Source: Bacteroidia bacterium
GTDB lineage: Bacteria > Bacteroidota > Bacteroidia > M30B66
NCBI GenBank assembly: GCA_965279035.1
Contig: OZ257142.1
Span: forward strand, 1,632,001-1,696,000
Reading direction: 5' to 3'
Length of the DNA: 64,000 nucleotides
Position 1 is the first letter of the stretch. Each line of letters opens with the position of its first letter. The translations under genes and the position numbers were made by a program. Shown here piece by piece: positions 49,950 to 60,631 of the stretch. Under the pieces are notes generated by a model that was not told where the DNA came from, did no database searches, and saw only the letters and a list, made by a program, of their open reading frames with translations.

Positions 49950-51074
49950 ATGACTGAGAAAGATAAAAATGTTCAACATTTTCTCGATTTAATTAAAAAG
50001 TCGAGAAAAGGAAAATTTAAGATTTATATCGGAATGAGCGCCGGAGTAGGTAAATCGTATCGAATGCTTCAAGAAGCGCATGCATTACTCAAAAGTGGTA
50101 TCGATGTAAAAATAGGATACATTGAAACACATAATCGATTAGAAACACACGAATTGCTGAATGGATTGCCTGTAATTCCTCGTAGGAAATTGTTTTATAA
50201 AGGCAAAGAATTGGAAGAAATGGATGTACAAGCTGTCATCAATCTTCGTCCAGAAGTGGTGATTGTAGATGAATTAGCGCATACCAATATTGAAGGAAGT
50301 AAAAATGAAAAACGCTGTCAAGATGTTCTTGAAATTTTAGATGCTGGTATTAATGTAATTTCTGCAGTTAATATTCAGCACATTGAAAGTTTAAATGAAG
50401 AAATAAAAACCATTACTGGAATCGATGTAAAAGAACGAATTCCGGATAGTGTTTTAGCGCAAGCGGATGAAGTGGTGAATATTGATTTGACTGCCGATGA
50501 ATTGATTGCTCGATTAAAAGAGGGAAAAATCTATCAAGCGGATAAAATTGAAACGGCATTAACTAATTTCTTCAAAAGCGATCATATTTTACAATTACGA
50601 GAACTTGCTTTAAAGGAAGTTGCGTCTCAGGTTGAACGGAAGGTTGAATCGGAAATTACAAAGCCAAATTCGATTAAGCACGAACGTTTTATGGCCTGTA
50701 TAAGTAGTAACGACAAAACGGCAAAAAATGTCATTCGTAAAACTGCTCGATTAGCCAATTACTACCATAGTAAATGGTTTGTATTTTATGTTCAAACTCC
50801 TGATGAAAATCCCAATAAAATTGCCTTAGACAAACAACGTCATTTGATTAATAATTTCAAACTTGCCACTGAATTGGGTGCTGAAATTAAACGGGTTGAA
50901 AATAGAAGCATTGCTAATGCTATCATGGAAATGGCGATTGATCGGAATATAACTACAATTTGTATTGGAAAACCCCACTTGAATCTTTTTAAAATCATCA
51001 GATCGACAGCGATTTTCAATCAACTCTTGAAAAAGTTATCTTCTAATCATATTGATCTTGTAATTCTATCCTAG
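49950..51074 (+). CDS. kdpD: KdpD N-terminal sensor + Usp domain (no TM or kinase)
   Basis: GMSAGVGKSYRML, VDELAHTN, NIQHIESLN, LRELAL; C-terminal Usp-like domain. Confidence 0.9.
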   Translation: MTEKDKNVQHFLDLIKKSRKGKFKIYIGMSAGVGKSYRMLQEAHALLKSGIDVKIGYIETHNRLETHELLNGLPVIPRRKLFYKGKELEEMDVQAVINLRPEVVIVDELAHTNIEGSKNEKRCQDVLEILDAGINVISAVNIQHIESLNEEIKTITGIDVKERIPDSVLAQADEVVNIDLTADELIARLKEGKIYQADKIETALTNFFKSDHILQLRELALKEVASQVERKVESEITKPNSIKHERFMACISSNDKTAKNVIRKTARLANYYHSKWFVFYVQTPDENPNKIALDKQRHLINNFKLATELGAEIKRVENRSIANAIMEMAIDRNITTICIGKPHLNLFKIIRSTAIFNQLLKKLSSNHIDLVILS

Positions 51075-52802
51075 ATGAAAATCAAAACCAAATTAACTTT
51101 AGGAGTTGGACTCCTTTTCATATTAATTATTTTATTGAGTATCGTTGCTGCTAAATATATTCATGATTTAAAAGACGATACCGATAATATTTTGGTAGCC
51201 AATTATAGTTCATTGCAGTATTGTAATAGCATGATGAATAACATAGATGATGCTGATTCAATGAATGTATCTGAGTTTGAAAAGAATCTACATAATCAAG
51301 AAAATAACATTTCTGAAATTGGTGAAAAGGAAGCTACCCAAGAATTAAGAACATCATTCAATGAATTTATACAAAACAGAAACGATAAGAGCAAAATAAA
51401 ACATATTCAGAATAATCTATTCAACATTATGGAAATGAATATGCAGGCTATTCAACGTAAAAGTGAAACAGCAAAAGCCACAGCCGATGATGCTGTTTTT
51501 TGGATTGTATTAACCGGAACCATGTGCTTTTTAATCGCCTTTATCTTATTAATTAATCTACCATCTAATATTGCAAATCCTATCAAAGAATTGACCGAAA
51601 GCATTAAGAAAATTGCAAATAGGCAATATAGCGAACGTGTTCATTTTGAAGGGCACAACGAATTTGGTGAATTGGCAACATCTTTCAATGTCATGGCTAA
51701 AAAATTGGAAGAATTCAACAATAGCAATTTGGCAAAGCTGATGATGGAGAAAAAACGCATTGATGCTCTAATCAATAATATGCATGATCCTGTTATTGGT
51801 TTGGATGAGCAGATGAAAGTCATATTTGCAAATCAAGAAGCTATTAAAATTTGTGGTATACAAGAAGATGAATTCATTGGTAAATCCTCTAAGGAACTAG
51901 CATTGAGAAACGATTTAATTCGATCGCTTATTCAAGATTTATCGTATACAGATTCGAAATTGAATCAGAAATCATCACCCATTAAAATATTTGCCGATAA
52001 TAAAGAAGGATATTTTGAAAAAGTCATCCTTCATATTGAAATCACTCCAACCGGAGAACAAGCCAAACAATTGATTGGACATGTTATTATATTAAGAAAC
52101 ATCACGGAATATAAAGAATTGGATTTTGCTAAAACCAATTTTATTGCTACAGTTTCCCATGAATTTAAAACTCCCATTTCATCTATAAAGATGAGTTTGC
52201 AGTTATTGGAAAATGATCAAATTGGAAAATTAAATGAGGAACAAGCAAACTTGCTTAAAAGCATTAAAGAAGATGCTAATCGTTTGTTGAAAATTACGGC
52301 TGAACTTTTAAACATGACGCAAGTGGAGAGTGGAAATATTCAGCTAACTATTCAAACAGCTAATCCATTGGAAATCGTTCAATATGCTTTGAATGCAACT
52401 CAAACTCAAGCAGATCAAAAGCACATTGTATTTAAGATAGATTGTCCCGATAACTCGATTAGAATGCAAGCAGATCCGGAGAAAACTGCCTGGGTTATTA
52501 CCAATTTAATCTCAAATGCCATTCGTTATTCAGCTGATAATTCTACTATTGATATTCAAATTTTGAAAGTTGATTCGAAAATTCAAATAGCTGTTCGTGA
52601 TTTTGGACAAGGTATTTCTGATCAATATAAAGACAAAATATTTGATAGGTATTTTAAAGTACCTGGGACTAAAATGGAAGGAACAGGGCTTGGCTTAGCA
52701 ATCAGTAAAGAATTCATTGAAGCTCAAGAAGGACAAATACATGTAGAAAGTGAAATTGGAATCGGAAGTACTTTTTCTATTTTATTAAATAGCAGTTCGT
52801 AA
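51075..52802 (+). CDS. Membrane histidine kinase (2 TM, HAMP, PAS, HisKA, HATPase)
   Basis: EFGELATSFN, SHEFKTP, NLISNAIRY, DFGQGI, GTGLGL. Confidence 0.93.
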   Translation: MKIKTKLTLGVGLLFILIILLSIVAAKYIHDLKDDTDNILVANYSSLQYCNSMMNNIDDADSMNVSEFEKNLHNQENNISEIGEKEATQELRTSFNEFIQNRNDKSKIKHIQNNLFNIMEMNMQAIQRKSETAKATADDAVFWIVLTGTMCFLIAFILLINLPSNIANPIKELTESIKKIANRQYSERVHFEGHNEFGELATSFNVMAKKLEEFNNSNLAKLMMEKKRIDALINNMHDPVIGLDEQMKVIFANQEAIKICGIQEDEFIGKSSKELALRNDLIRSLIQDLSYTDSKLNQKSSPIKIFADNKEGYFEKVILHIEITPTGEQAKQLIGHVIILRNITEYKELDFAKTNFIATVSHEFKTPISSIKMSLQLLENDQIGKLNEEQANLLKSIKEDANRLLKITAELLNMTQVESGNIQLTIQTANPLEIVQYALNATQTQADQKHIVFKIDCPDNSIRMQADPEKTAWVITNLISNAIRYSADNSTIDIQILKVDSKIQIAVRDFGQGISDQYKDKIFDRYFKVPGTKMEGTGLGLAISKEFIEAQEGQIHVESEIGIGSTFSILLNSSS

Positions 52803-52916
52803 GTCTAGAATTTTATTTATGATACAGTTTTCAACATATCCATGCTTATCTAATGTTGATTCATAATCATTTTAATTCCATTTTCTTTCTTCTATTTGTT
52901 TCTTCTAACATTGATT

Positions 52917-54041
52917 ATGAAATCAATTTCTACTCATTTAATTTCTTCCATCCTCCTAGTATTTTCATCTTATACAGGCTATTCTCAAGTAGCCAATACG
53001 GGAATGGTTGAGCAAATGGATAGTTCGGAAATTGGAAAAATTGTATTGAGTGGATATGTCGATACGTATTATGGATTTGATTTTAATCAACCTGCTCAAT
53101 CCGATCGACCTTATACTGTTTCATCTCCTCGTCATAATGAAGTCAATATAAACTTGGCGTATTTAGGAGTGAATTATACCAATGAAAAAGTGCGTGGTCG
53201 ATTTATTCCTGGATTTGGGAATTATATGAATTCGAATTATGCCACTGAAATAGGTTCTTTGAAAAACATTGTTGAAGCAAATGCTGGTGTACGACTATCA
53301 AAGAAATATGACATTTGGGTTGATGCAGGTGTAATGGGGTCTCCTTATACAAATGAATCAGCCATTTCGCGCGACCATTTAATGTACACGCGTTCTTTTG
53401 CACCCGAATTTGTCCCTTATTATTTGACTGGTGTTAAATTATCCGGGAAAATATCTTCAAAATTAACAGGCTATCTCTATATTTTAAATGGGTGGCAGCA
53501 CATTACGGATACCAATAATCCACTTTCCATCGGAACACAAATCGAATATCGTCCTACGAGTAAACTGCTCATTAATTGGAATACCTATGTGGGAGATGAA
53601 TATTCTACACAAACTCCCACATTCGGAATACGTTATTTCAGTGATATCTATGCTATCTATAATCCAGATGGGAAGTTCACTTTCACGAGTTGTTTCTATG
53701 CTGGCTATCAACAAATTCGTCAACCGGGTATATCCGATTCTTACGCACAATGGTGGCAAGCCAATTTTATAGCACGTTATTCATTCAATAAAACATCCTC
53801 TCTTTCTGGTAGAATTGAATATTTTGACGATCCTAATAAAGTTCAAATTACTCCTATAACTACTTCTCCTCAATTTAGTACCGCAAGTGCTGGACTTTGT
53901 TACAATTATAAAATCACCAAGAATGCTCTTTTTAGATTGGAATACCGTAATTACTTTTCTGATAAACCGGTTTATGTGAGAGAAAATAGGAGTGTAAATA
54001 ATGATAATTTGATAATAGGAAATTTAACAGTTTGGTTTTAA
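52917..54041 (+). CDS. Second outer membrane beta-barrel (putative porin)
   Basis: Signal peptide; SGYVDTYY, VDAGVMGS, PYYLTG, ILNGW; terminal TVWF. Confidence 0.8.
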   Translation: MKSISTHLISSILLVFSSYTGYSQVANTGMVEQMDSSEIGKIVLSGYVDTYYGFDFNQPAQSDRPYTVSSPRHNEVNINLAYLGVNYTNEKVRGRFIPGFGNYMNSNYATEIGSLKNIVEANAGVRLSKKYDIWVDAGVMGSPYTNESAISRDHLMYTRSFAPEFVPYYLTGVKLSGKISSKLTGYLYILNGWQHITDTNNPLSIGTQIEYRPTSKLLINWNTYVGDEYSTQTPTFGIRYFSDIYAIYNPDGKFTFTSCFYAGYQQIRQPGISDSYAQWWQANFIARYSFNKTSSLSGRIEYFDDPNKVQITPITTSPQFSTASAGLCYNYKITKNALFRLEYRNYFSDKPVYVRENRSVNNDNLIIGNLTVWF

Positions 54042-54104
54042 TATCTGCTTATCATCCTGTTTCGATTTATTAATTATTTTGCGGATAATTTACTTATCTG
54101 CTCT

Positions 54105-54944
54105 ATGTCTAAACATTCCTTGTATCCTTGTCTTTGGTTTAATCAAGAAGCGCAAGAAGCTGCAGCCTTTTACTGTTCTGTGTTTTCAGATTCGAAAATC
54201 ATAGCTCAAAATCCATTGGTTGCCAATTTCGAATTGCATGGAATGAGGTTTATGGCATTGAATGGTGACCCTATGTTTACCATGAATCCTTCAATTTCTG
54301 TTTTTGTGAACTGTCAAAATTCCGACGAAGTTCATCGTTTATGGAATGCATTGATAGAAAACGGAAAGGCCTTAATTTCCATAGGAAACTATCCTTGGAG
54401 TAGTTTATATGGTTGGTTGCAAGATCAATACGGTTTTACTTGGCAGATTTCGCATGTTGCTGATTTACCTGTCGATATTCAATTAACTCCTAGTTTACTA
54501 TTTACTCGTGATGTATTCGGACGGGGAGAAGAAGCTGTTCGATTCTATACCAATCTTTTTCCCGAGTCATCTATAACTCGTTTAGAGCATTATCCTGCTC
54601 AGGATGCAAATTCAGGTAAATTGCTTTATTCCGAATTCTTATTAAATCATTACAAGCTCATTGCCATGGATGGTCCCGGCGATCATGCTTATCGTTTTGA
54701 TGAAGGTATTTCACTCGTTATAACCTGTGAAAATCAGGAGGAAATTGATTACTATTGGAATCATCTAACCGAAGGTGGAGAAGAAAGTAGATGTGGTTGG
54801 TTAAAAGATAAATTTGGAATAAGCTGGCAAGTTGTTCCCGAAATACTCGGAAAACTCATGTCGGATCCAGAACGTTCGCAGCGAGTAATCAATGCATTTA
54901 TGAAAATGCGTAAATTCGATATTCAGGCATTAATCGATGCTTAA
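54105..54944 (+). CDS. Tandem VOC (PhnB/3-demethylubiquinone-9 methyltransferase-like) protein
   Basis: PCLWF..EAAAFY, GWLQDQYGFTWQ, CGWLKDKFGISWQ. Confidence 0.9.
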   Translation: MSKHSLYPCLWFNQEAQEAAAFYCSVFSDSKIIAQNPLVANFELHGMRFMALNGDPMFTMNPSISVFVNCQNSDEVHRLWNALIENGKALISIGNYPWSSLYGWLQDQYGFTWQISHVADLPVDIQLTPSLLFTRDVFGRGEEAVRFYTNLFPESSITRLEHYPAQDANSGKLLYSEFLLNHYKLIAMDGPGDHAYRFDEGISLVITCENQEEIDYYWNHLTEGGEESRCGWLKDKFGISWQVVPEILGKLMSDPERSQRVINAFMKMRKFDIQALIDA

Positions 54945-55019
54945 TTTTTAAATGTATATTTAACATTCATTCCAATCAAATCGTTTGGAGTATCATTTAT
55001 TTTTCTTTAAACTAATTGA

Positions 55020-55748
55020 ATGCAATTAAGTAATAATAAAATTCTCATTACAGGCGGTGCAACAGGCATTGGGCTCGGGCTTAGCGAACGTTTCCTTGCT
55101 GAGAATAATACAATTATTGTTTGTGGAAGAAGAAAAGACGTATTAGATGATTTAAAGTACAAGCATCCTCAAATCATTACCCGAGTGTGTGATTTAGAAT
55201 TATCGGATGATCGAATTAATTTATATCATTGGATTCAACAAGAGCATGCAGATTTATCAGTATTAATTAATAATGCGGGAATTCAAAACTGGATGAATTT
55301 AGATGATGAGGATTTTGTTTCAAAAGCAAAGCAAGAAATTTCTATCAATATTGAAGCACCTGTTCATTTGTGTAATTTGTTTCAGCAGCTTCCTTCTTTA
55401 AAAACAATCATGAATGTTACTTCTGGACTTGCTTTTATTCCACTTACCAAAGTTCCTGTTTACTCTGCTACTAAAGCCTTTTTTCATTCTTTTACACTTT
55501 CACTTCGTCACCTGCTAAAATCAAAAAATATTGAGGTCATTGAAATAATTCCACCTGCTTTAAATACTGATTTAGGCGGTCATGGTTTGCATACTTTTGC
55601 TCCTCCAGTGGCAGAGTTTATTGATTCAATATTTAAGCAATTAGAAGCCGGGAAAATAGAATTAACTTTTGGCTTTAGTGATATGATGATACAAGCGGAT
55701 GGAAATCAGTTAAAACAAGCTTTTGATCGAATGAATTCTTCAAATTAA
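55020..55748 (+). CDS. Short-chain dehydrogenase (DltE-like)
   Basis: TGGATGIG, NNAG, YSATK. Confidence 0.9.
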   Translation: MQLSNNKILITGGATGIGLGLSERFLAENNTIIVCGRRKDVLDDLKYKHPQIITRVCDLELSDDRINLYHWIQQEHADLSVLINNAGIQNWMNLDDEDFVSKAKQEISINIEAPVHLCNLFQQLPSLKTIMNVTSGLAFIPLTKVPVYSATKAFFHSFTLSLRHLLKSKNIEVIEIIPPALNTDLGGHGLHTFAPPVAEFIDSIFKQLEAGKIELTFGFSDMMIQADGNQLKQAFDRMNSSN

Positions 55749-55749
55749 A

Positions 55750-56187
55750 ATGTATATGATTTACAGCAAAGATTTACTCATTAAGAAATCACGTAATTTA
55801 CTTTTCTGGTCCTTCTGTGCCTGTATTCCGATTTTATTTTTTTTACAGAAAATGGAAATTGCCGGTGGTGGAGAGAATGAATTGGATATACTCATTTTTC
55901 CAGCGCTCATTTTTATTTTGTGTGGAATGTATGTTTTATATAAACGTAAAATTGATTTTGTAAATAAACAAACGAGTAAGCCAATTTATTTGATCTCCGA
56001 AATAATGATCTCTATCATAACGCTATTAACCGCTTTATCGATAGGGTTTGAACTACTTTTCGTGAAATTTGAATGGAGGATTTTAACATTCGCTTTGATT
56101 TATAGTTTTTTTAGTGCACTCATTTTCTATGCTGATATGAAGGAATTGAAAATGATTGAAAAAAATAAATCAACCCATGTTCATTAA
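55750..56187 (+). CDS. Hypothetical 4-TM membrane protein
   Basis: Four hydrophobic segments; directly follows the SDR gene. Confidence 0.6.
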   Translation: MYMIYSKDLLIKKSRNLLFWSFCACIPILFFLQKMEIAGGGENELDILIFPALIFILCGMYVLYKRKIDFVNKQTSKPIYLISEIMISIITLLTALSIGFELLFVKFEWRILTFALIYSFFSALIFYADMKELKMIEKNKSTHVH

Positions 56188-56204
56188 TCAATTTTATATT
56201 TTAT

Positions 56205-59200
56205 TTATTCCCTTATCCAACGTACTGTTTTTATTGAATTTCCTCCCACCAGTTGAATAAAATACACTCCCGATTTTAACTTTTGTAAGTTGATTTCATG
56301 TTCTCCCAATTGGAGTCTATTTTCCCCGCATATTTGTCCCAATGCATTGAAAATACGTATCGTTTGAATAGAATTGGAAGGCTTAATTTGAACAATTCCT
56401 TCACCCGGATTCGGATAAATTAAAAATGTATCTTCTTGAATATTATTTAAATCAAGTGGACACACTTTCACATCAATGCTATCAAGTGAAATACATCCTT
56501 GAGCATTTGTCACCTGAACACTATACAGACCTTCAGATAGAATTACTCGACTTGAATCACTTGATTCATCTTCCCATAAATAGTGATTGCTTGAATCACC
56601 TGCATTTAATATAAATGGATTAAACGGACAAAGAACTGTATCATTTCCAAGATTTATTATTGGATTTTCACCTAATAAAACATGTACAGAATCTTTCCAA
56701 ACATCACCACAATCACTGATTATTTTAGCCCAATATATTCCTGGTTGAAATATTGTATAAGATTGTTGATTAGTGAAATCTTGCCAAATATGTTCAAGAT
56801 TTGGATGCCCAGTTTCTAACACCAATACAGTTCCTGGACATAAATAGGATGGATCTTGAAATACAAAATAGGGATATTCATTTTTGATTTGAATTTGAAT
56901 CGTATCGCGAGCAATACATCCTGCAGAATTGCTTACAGCTAGAGATATTAATGTTGGGTAACCAATTGTTGAACTACTTAACACCGAACCATTCGACCAA
57001 TTATAACTAATGAAATCGCCCAATGGTGCTTGGATCGTTATATCCGTTCCCATACAGAATGATTGATCCGGACCTAATGAAATACTAAATGCTTGAGTAA
57101 ATCCTGTAACATGTATCGTATCACTTGCAAAACAACCACCAGCACTTGTTGTCTTTACCCAATATATGCCTGGTCCATTTGCATTTTGATAGCTCATGGT
57201 ACTACCATTTTGCCATAAATACGAAGTATAACCCATTCCCGGACTTAAATGAATACTACCTGTCTCACAAATCAAAGTATCATTTCCTAAATCAGGTGTA
57301 TTATTTCCTAATTGTACGAATAAAGTATCATACAGCATTCCTTCGCATCCAGCATCGCGCGAAACTGTTAATATCCCCATTCCAGAAAATTCACCACTTT
57401 GAATGCTAACATGTTCGGCATCTTGAATTTGTACTGTCCCAGCTCCAGAATACGTCCAATTGGTATTGCCGGGATGTCCACATCGAATGGAATACTGTGC
57501 GGAGGAATTTGCACAAATAAATGTTGGGCCTTCAATAGTAGGTGTTAAATCAGCAGCAAAGCTTGAAACAAGATTAGGCAATCCATAATTATTAAAATCA
57601 ATTGCTAAAGCTTTATCTACAAAATGGCAGTCAGTTCCATTGAGATTAGGATATGTGATTTCATCCAAATAATAACTCGCGGATCGAGCACTATATATCT
57701 TTCCATTTTTTGCTAATTGTAATGAACCTAATCCATTTCCATTTGCACTTGAACTCCCAATTAATTGTCGAGATGCCAGAATTTCCTCGGGATTACCAGA
57801 ACTTAGATCTAATTGATAAATTTCGGCTTGATGATAGGAAGGCATTGAATTGCTGATATACAATTTAGACCCATCGGGAGAGAATTCTATACCATAAGGC
57901 ATCGTATAAATATCTGCAGGAATGGTGAGTGCATTACTTACTATTCCTGTTGTATTATCGAAATCAAAAAGCTGTGATTGAGTAGGTGTATCTGATGGAA
58001 AATGAATATTTAATGCAAGTTTATCACCCTGTGGAGATATTTTCATGCAACCTAAGGATGCCATGCCACCATCATTTATAGCTCCATGAGTAATTCCTGC
58101 ATGTGAAATTACTGGCGTTGAATCTATTCCTGAATCTGTAATTAAATAAGCATAAAATTCATCCGTTCCATATGCATGTGAGACATGCCAAATATCATGT
58201 CCATTACAATGTTTTACTGCCGATTGTTTTTCGCATGTAGGTGTATATAAATTCACATTTTTATCAACAACTACGCCTTGTCCACTATTCACCGTTACAT
58301 CAACAGAAGTATAAGAAAGTCCTCCTCCAGTTGGAACCAATTGTCCTCCAAAATGATCTGTTGTAAATACGTAATAAATTGAATTGTAAGAAGGATTAGG
58401 AATAATAAGAGCCGATTGTGTAGAAGAACTTCCTCCTAACAATCCCATACCATTTCCAACCAATTGACCTTGGCCATTATTTACTTGAGTTCCATCCGTA
58501 ATAAGTAATAAATTCCCATTTAAATCGCAAATGCTTGATACACCTTCGTTAGGAAATAAATACTGACTTGCATATAAATTAGTAATTACTGGATTTGCAC
58601 CAAAAAAACTTAATTCTGTACCACTTCCAAACCACCATCTTAACGATTCTCCACTATTACATGAGCCAACAGGCACATAAATATAGTTTGATGTATCAGC
58701 GCAGATCCCATTAGAAGCGATTAATTGTACTTGATATTCTCCAGCACTAGGAAAATAATAATCGAGTGTATTTCCACCTCCAATATAATTATCATTGACA
58801 TACCAAGACGCACTTACTTGATATAAGTCTGCATTAAAATGAACAGGTTCTCCTGGTTGTGGACTAGCGGGACTATATGTTGGTTGAATTGGAATGAGTC
58901 CACATATCACGTGAAAATTTGTTTCTTGTTGACTATAACAATTTAAATCTGAATTATATATTCGAAATAAAACTTGATAATAGCCTACAGCATTTGTTTG
59001 AAATGTAAATAGGCTGTCTGTACCCTGAACTTGACCATTGACAAGCCATTCGAAATGATGAGGGACTGTTGCTTGACTATATCCTTCAAGTAAAATAGAT
59101 GAATTTACATAAAGTGTGTAAGGGGGATTATAATTGGGCACATTCGTTCCAGAGGCATAAACACCACACGAATTTTCGCAACCTGTTGATTCGTTTAAAC

Positions 59201-60194
59201 TTTCTCTCGGATCATCCAACATGGCATTCATTCTGTCGGATTGACCTTGTGTAAATAAATGCTGACAAAGCTGGTAACCATAATCCATGTAATTCACAAA
59301 TAAATCAGGTTGCTCTCCTTGTCCACCAAGTGATATAGCGCGAAATGGATTTTGTAGCGAGGCATCATCACTATCGGTATGACACGTATTAGCTGATAAT
59401 GAGCAAGCAACTGGATCAGATGAATTATCTGGTGGAGTATCGCACACATGATCACCATCGAGCGCACAATTGTTATTTATGCAACCTTCGTTAAATGTGT
59501 GATATAGACCAAGATAATGTCCCGCCTCATGAATATGTACCTTGGAATTATCCACACTGCTACCAAAAAAACTCGCTTCATTTACAATTCCGTCAATTGA
59601 ATTTCCATGATTATTAGGAAAAGTTGCATATCCAGCAATACCATTTCCCATGGATGTTGAAGTTATTTCATTTACTAACCAAATGTTTAAGTAGCGCGTT
59701 GGGTCCCATTGGATAATACTTTTAAGTGACTCATCTTGAGAATCTACATTCATGTTAGTTAGCTCCGAAACATGCCGTGTAATGCCTGTTGTAGGCAATC
59801 CAGTTTCATCTTGTTGAGCCAAACAAAACTGGATATGCGTATTCACTCCATTGGTTTGACTATATGCACCAGAATTTGAAAATGCTTGATTTAAATGTGC
59901 AATACCTTGTATTACTTGAGCATCTGAAATATTTTCTACTCCATTTTGATGAATAATGTGAATGACAATGGGAATAGTTCGATCTACTTCACGTTGACTT
60001 GCATTAACTTGACGTGTTGCTTGATAAATATGCAGGTTGATTGCCTTCTCCATTCCTGCTTTTTCGGGATGAAGCAATCGTGTTTTTTCAAGTAAAAAGT
60101 CACTTGCACATGATTGAGACGTCTGAGCAACAAGACATTGGTTAATAAAAATAGCAATGAAAAATAGGAGTGATCGAACGGTAGAATTGATCAT
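56205..60194 (-). CDS. T9SS-secreted M43 (pappalysin/ulilysin-like) zinc metalloprotease with PKD, propeller and repeat domains
   Basis: HEAGHYLGLYH, DHVCDTPP, Met-turn NYMDY; LGNDT repeats; CTD IYPNPG...LKSGVYFIQL. Confidence 0.9.
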   Translation of the reverse strand: MINSTVRSLLFFIAIFINQCLVAQTSQSCASDFLLEKTRLLHPEKAGMEKAINLHIYQATRQVNASQREVDRTIPIVIHIIHQNGVENISDAQVIQGIAHLNQAFSNSGAYSQTNGVNTHIQFCLAQQDETGLPTTGITRHVSELTNMNVDSQDESLKSIIQWDPTRYLNIWLVNEITSTSMGNGIAGYATFPNNHGNSIDGIVNEASFFGSSVDNSKVHIHEAGHYLGLYHTFNEGCINNNCALDGDHVCDTPPDNSSDPVACSLSANTCHTDSDDASLQNPFRAISLGGQGEQPDLFVNYMDYGYQLCQHLFTQGQSDRMNAMLDDPRESLNESTGCENSCGVYASGTNVPNYNPPYTLYVNSSILLEGYSQATVPHHFEWLVNGQVQGTDSLFTFQTNAVGYYQVLFRIYNSDLNCYSQQETNFHVICGLIPIQPTYSPASPQPGEPVHFNADLYQVSASWYVNDNYIGGGNTLDYYFPSAGEYQVQLIASNGICADTSNYIYVPVGSCNSGESLRWWFGSGTELSFFGANPVITNLYASQYLFPNEGVSSICDLNGNLLLITDGTQVNNGQGQLVGNGMGLLGGSSSTQSALIIPNPSYNSIYYVFTTDHFGGQLVPTGGGLSYTSVDVTVNSGQGVVVDKNVNLYTPTCEKQSAVKHCNGHDIWHVSHAYGTDEFYAYLITDSGIDSTPVISHAGITHGAINDGGMASLGCMKISPQGDKLALNIHFPSDTPTQSQLFDFDNTTGIVSNALTIPADIYTMPYGIEFSPDGSKLYISNSMPSYHQAEIYQLDLSSGNPEEILASRQLIGSSSANGNGLGSLQLAKNGKIYSARSASYYLDEITYPNLNGTDCHFVDKALAIDFNNYGLPNLVSSFAADLTPTIEGPTFICANSSAQYSIRCGHPGNTNWTYSGAGTVQIQDAEHVSIQSGEFSGMGILTVSRDAGCEGMLYDTLFVQLGNNTPDLGNDTLICETGSIHLSPGMGYTSYLWQNGSTMSYQNANGPGIYWVKTTSAGGCFASDTIHVTGFTQAFSISLGPDQSFCMGTDITIQAPLGDFISYNWSNGSVLSSSTIGYPTLISLAVSNSAGCIARDTIQIQIKNEYPYFVFQDPSYLCPGTVLVLETGHPNLEHIWQDFTNQQSYTIFQPGIYWAKIISDCGDVWKDSVHVLLGENPIINLGNDTVLCPFNPFILNAGDSSNHYLWEDESSDSSRVILSEGLYSVQVTNAQGCISLDSIDVKVCPLDLNNIQEDTFLIYPNPGEGIVQIKPSNSIQTIRIFNALGQICGENRLQLGEHEINLQKLKSGVYFIQLVGGNSIKTVRWIRE

Positions 60195-60345
60195 GTCTCG
60201 GGATTGGATTTCTAAAGATAAATTTTATTTAGATGATACCCGTTGTGCTGTTAAAAATTAGAATTATTCTTCAACACTATTTATCGCTTACCCCAATAAT
60301 CAATACTTATGTAATGCCTTTAGATTAAATTATTTAAATTAAAAA

Positions 60346-60631
60346 TAGGTTTAGAAACGGATCAGTGTGGAGGCTATGTCTGGGCGGCGAGGGTGTGTTT
60401 CGACATAGATGAGAAAAAAGCTTATCCGAGCAAAATGGTCGAAAAAAGGCCTTGAGCGTATTCAGCATCGTCCAGACTTGACCTTATTTGCATGCACGCT
60501 GAGCTTGTCGAAGCGTGTGTCAAGACAAGAAAGTAATACGTCGTAGACAAACATGAATGATATTTGACAAGAAGCATTAACAGTCTTATTTCATTGATTG
60601 ATATAAAAAAAATAAATTGATAATTCAACCG
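60346..60631 (-). repeat. Dispersed modular structured element, copy B
   Basis: Reverse-complement homolog of 15725-16110; carries a CACGCT-TCGACAAGCTC-AGCGTG hairpin instead of copy A's inserts. Confidence 0.9.
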
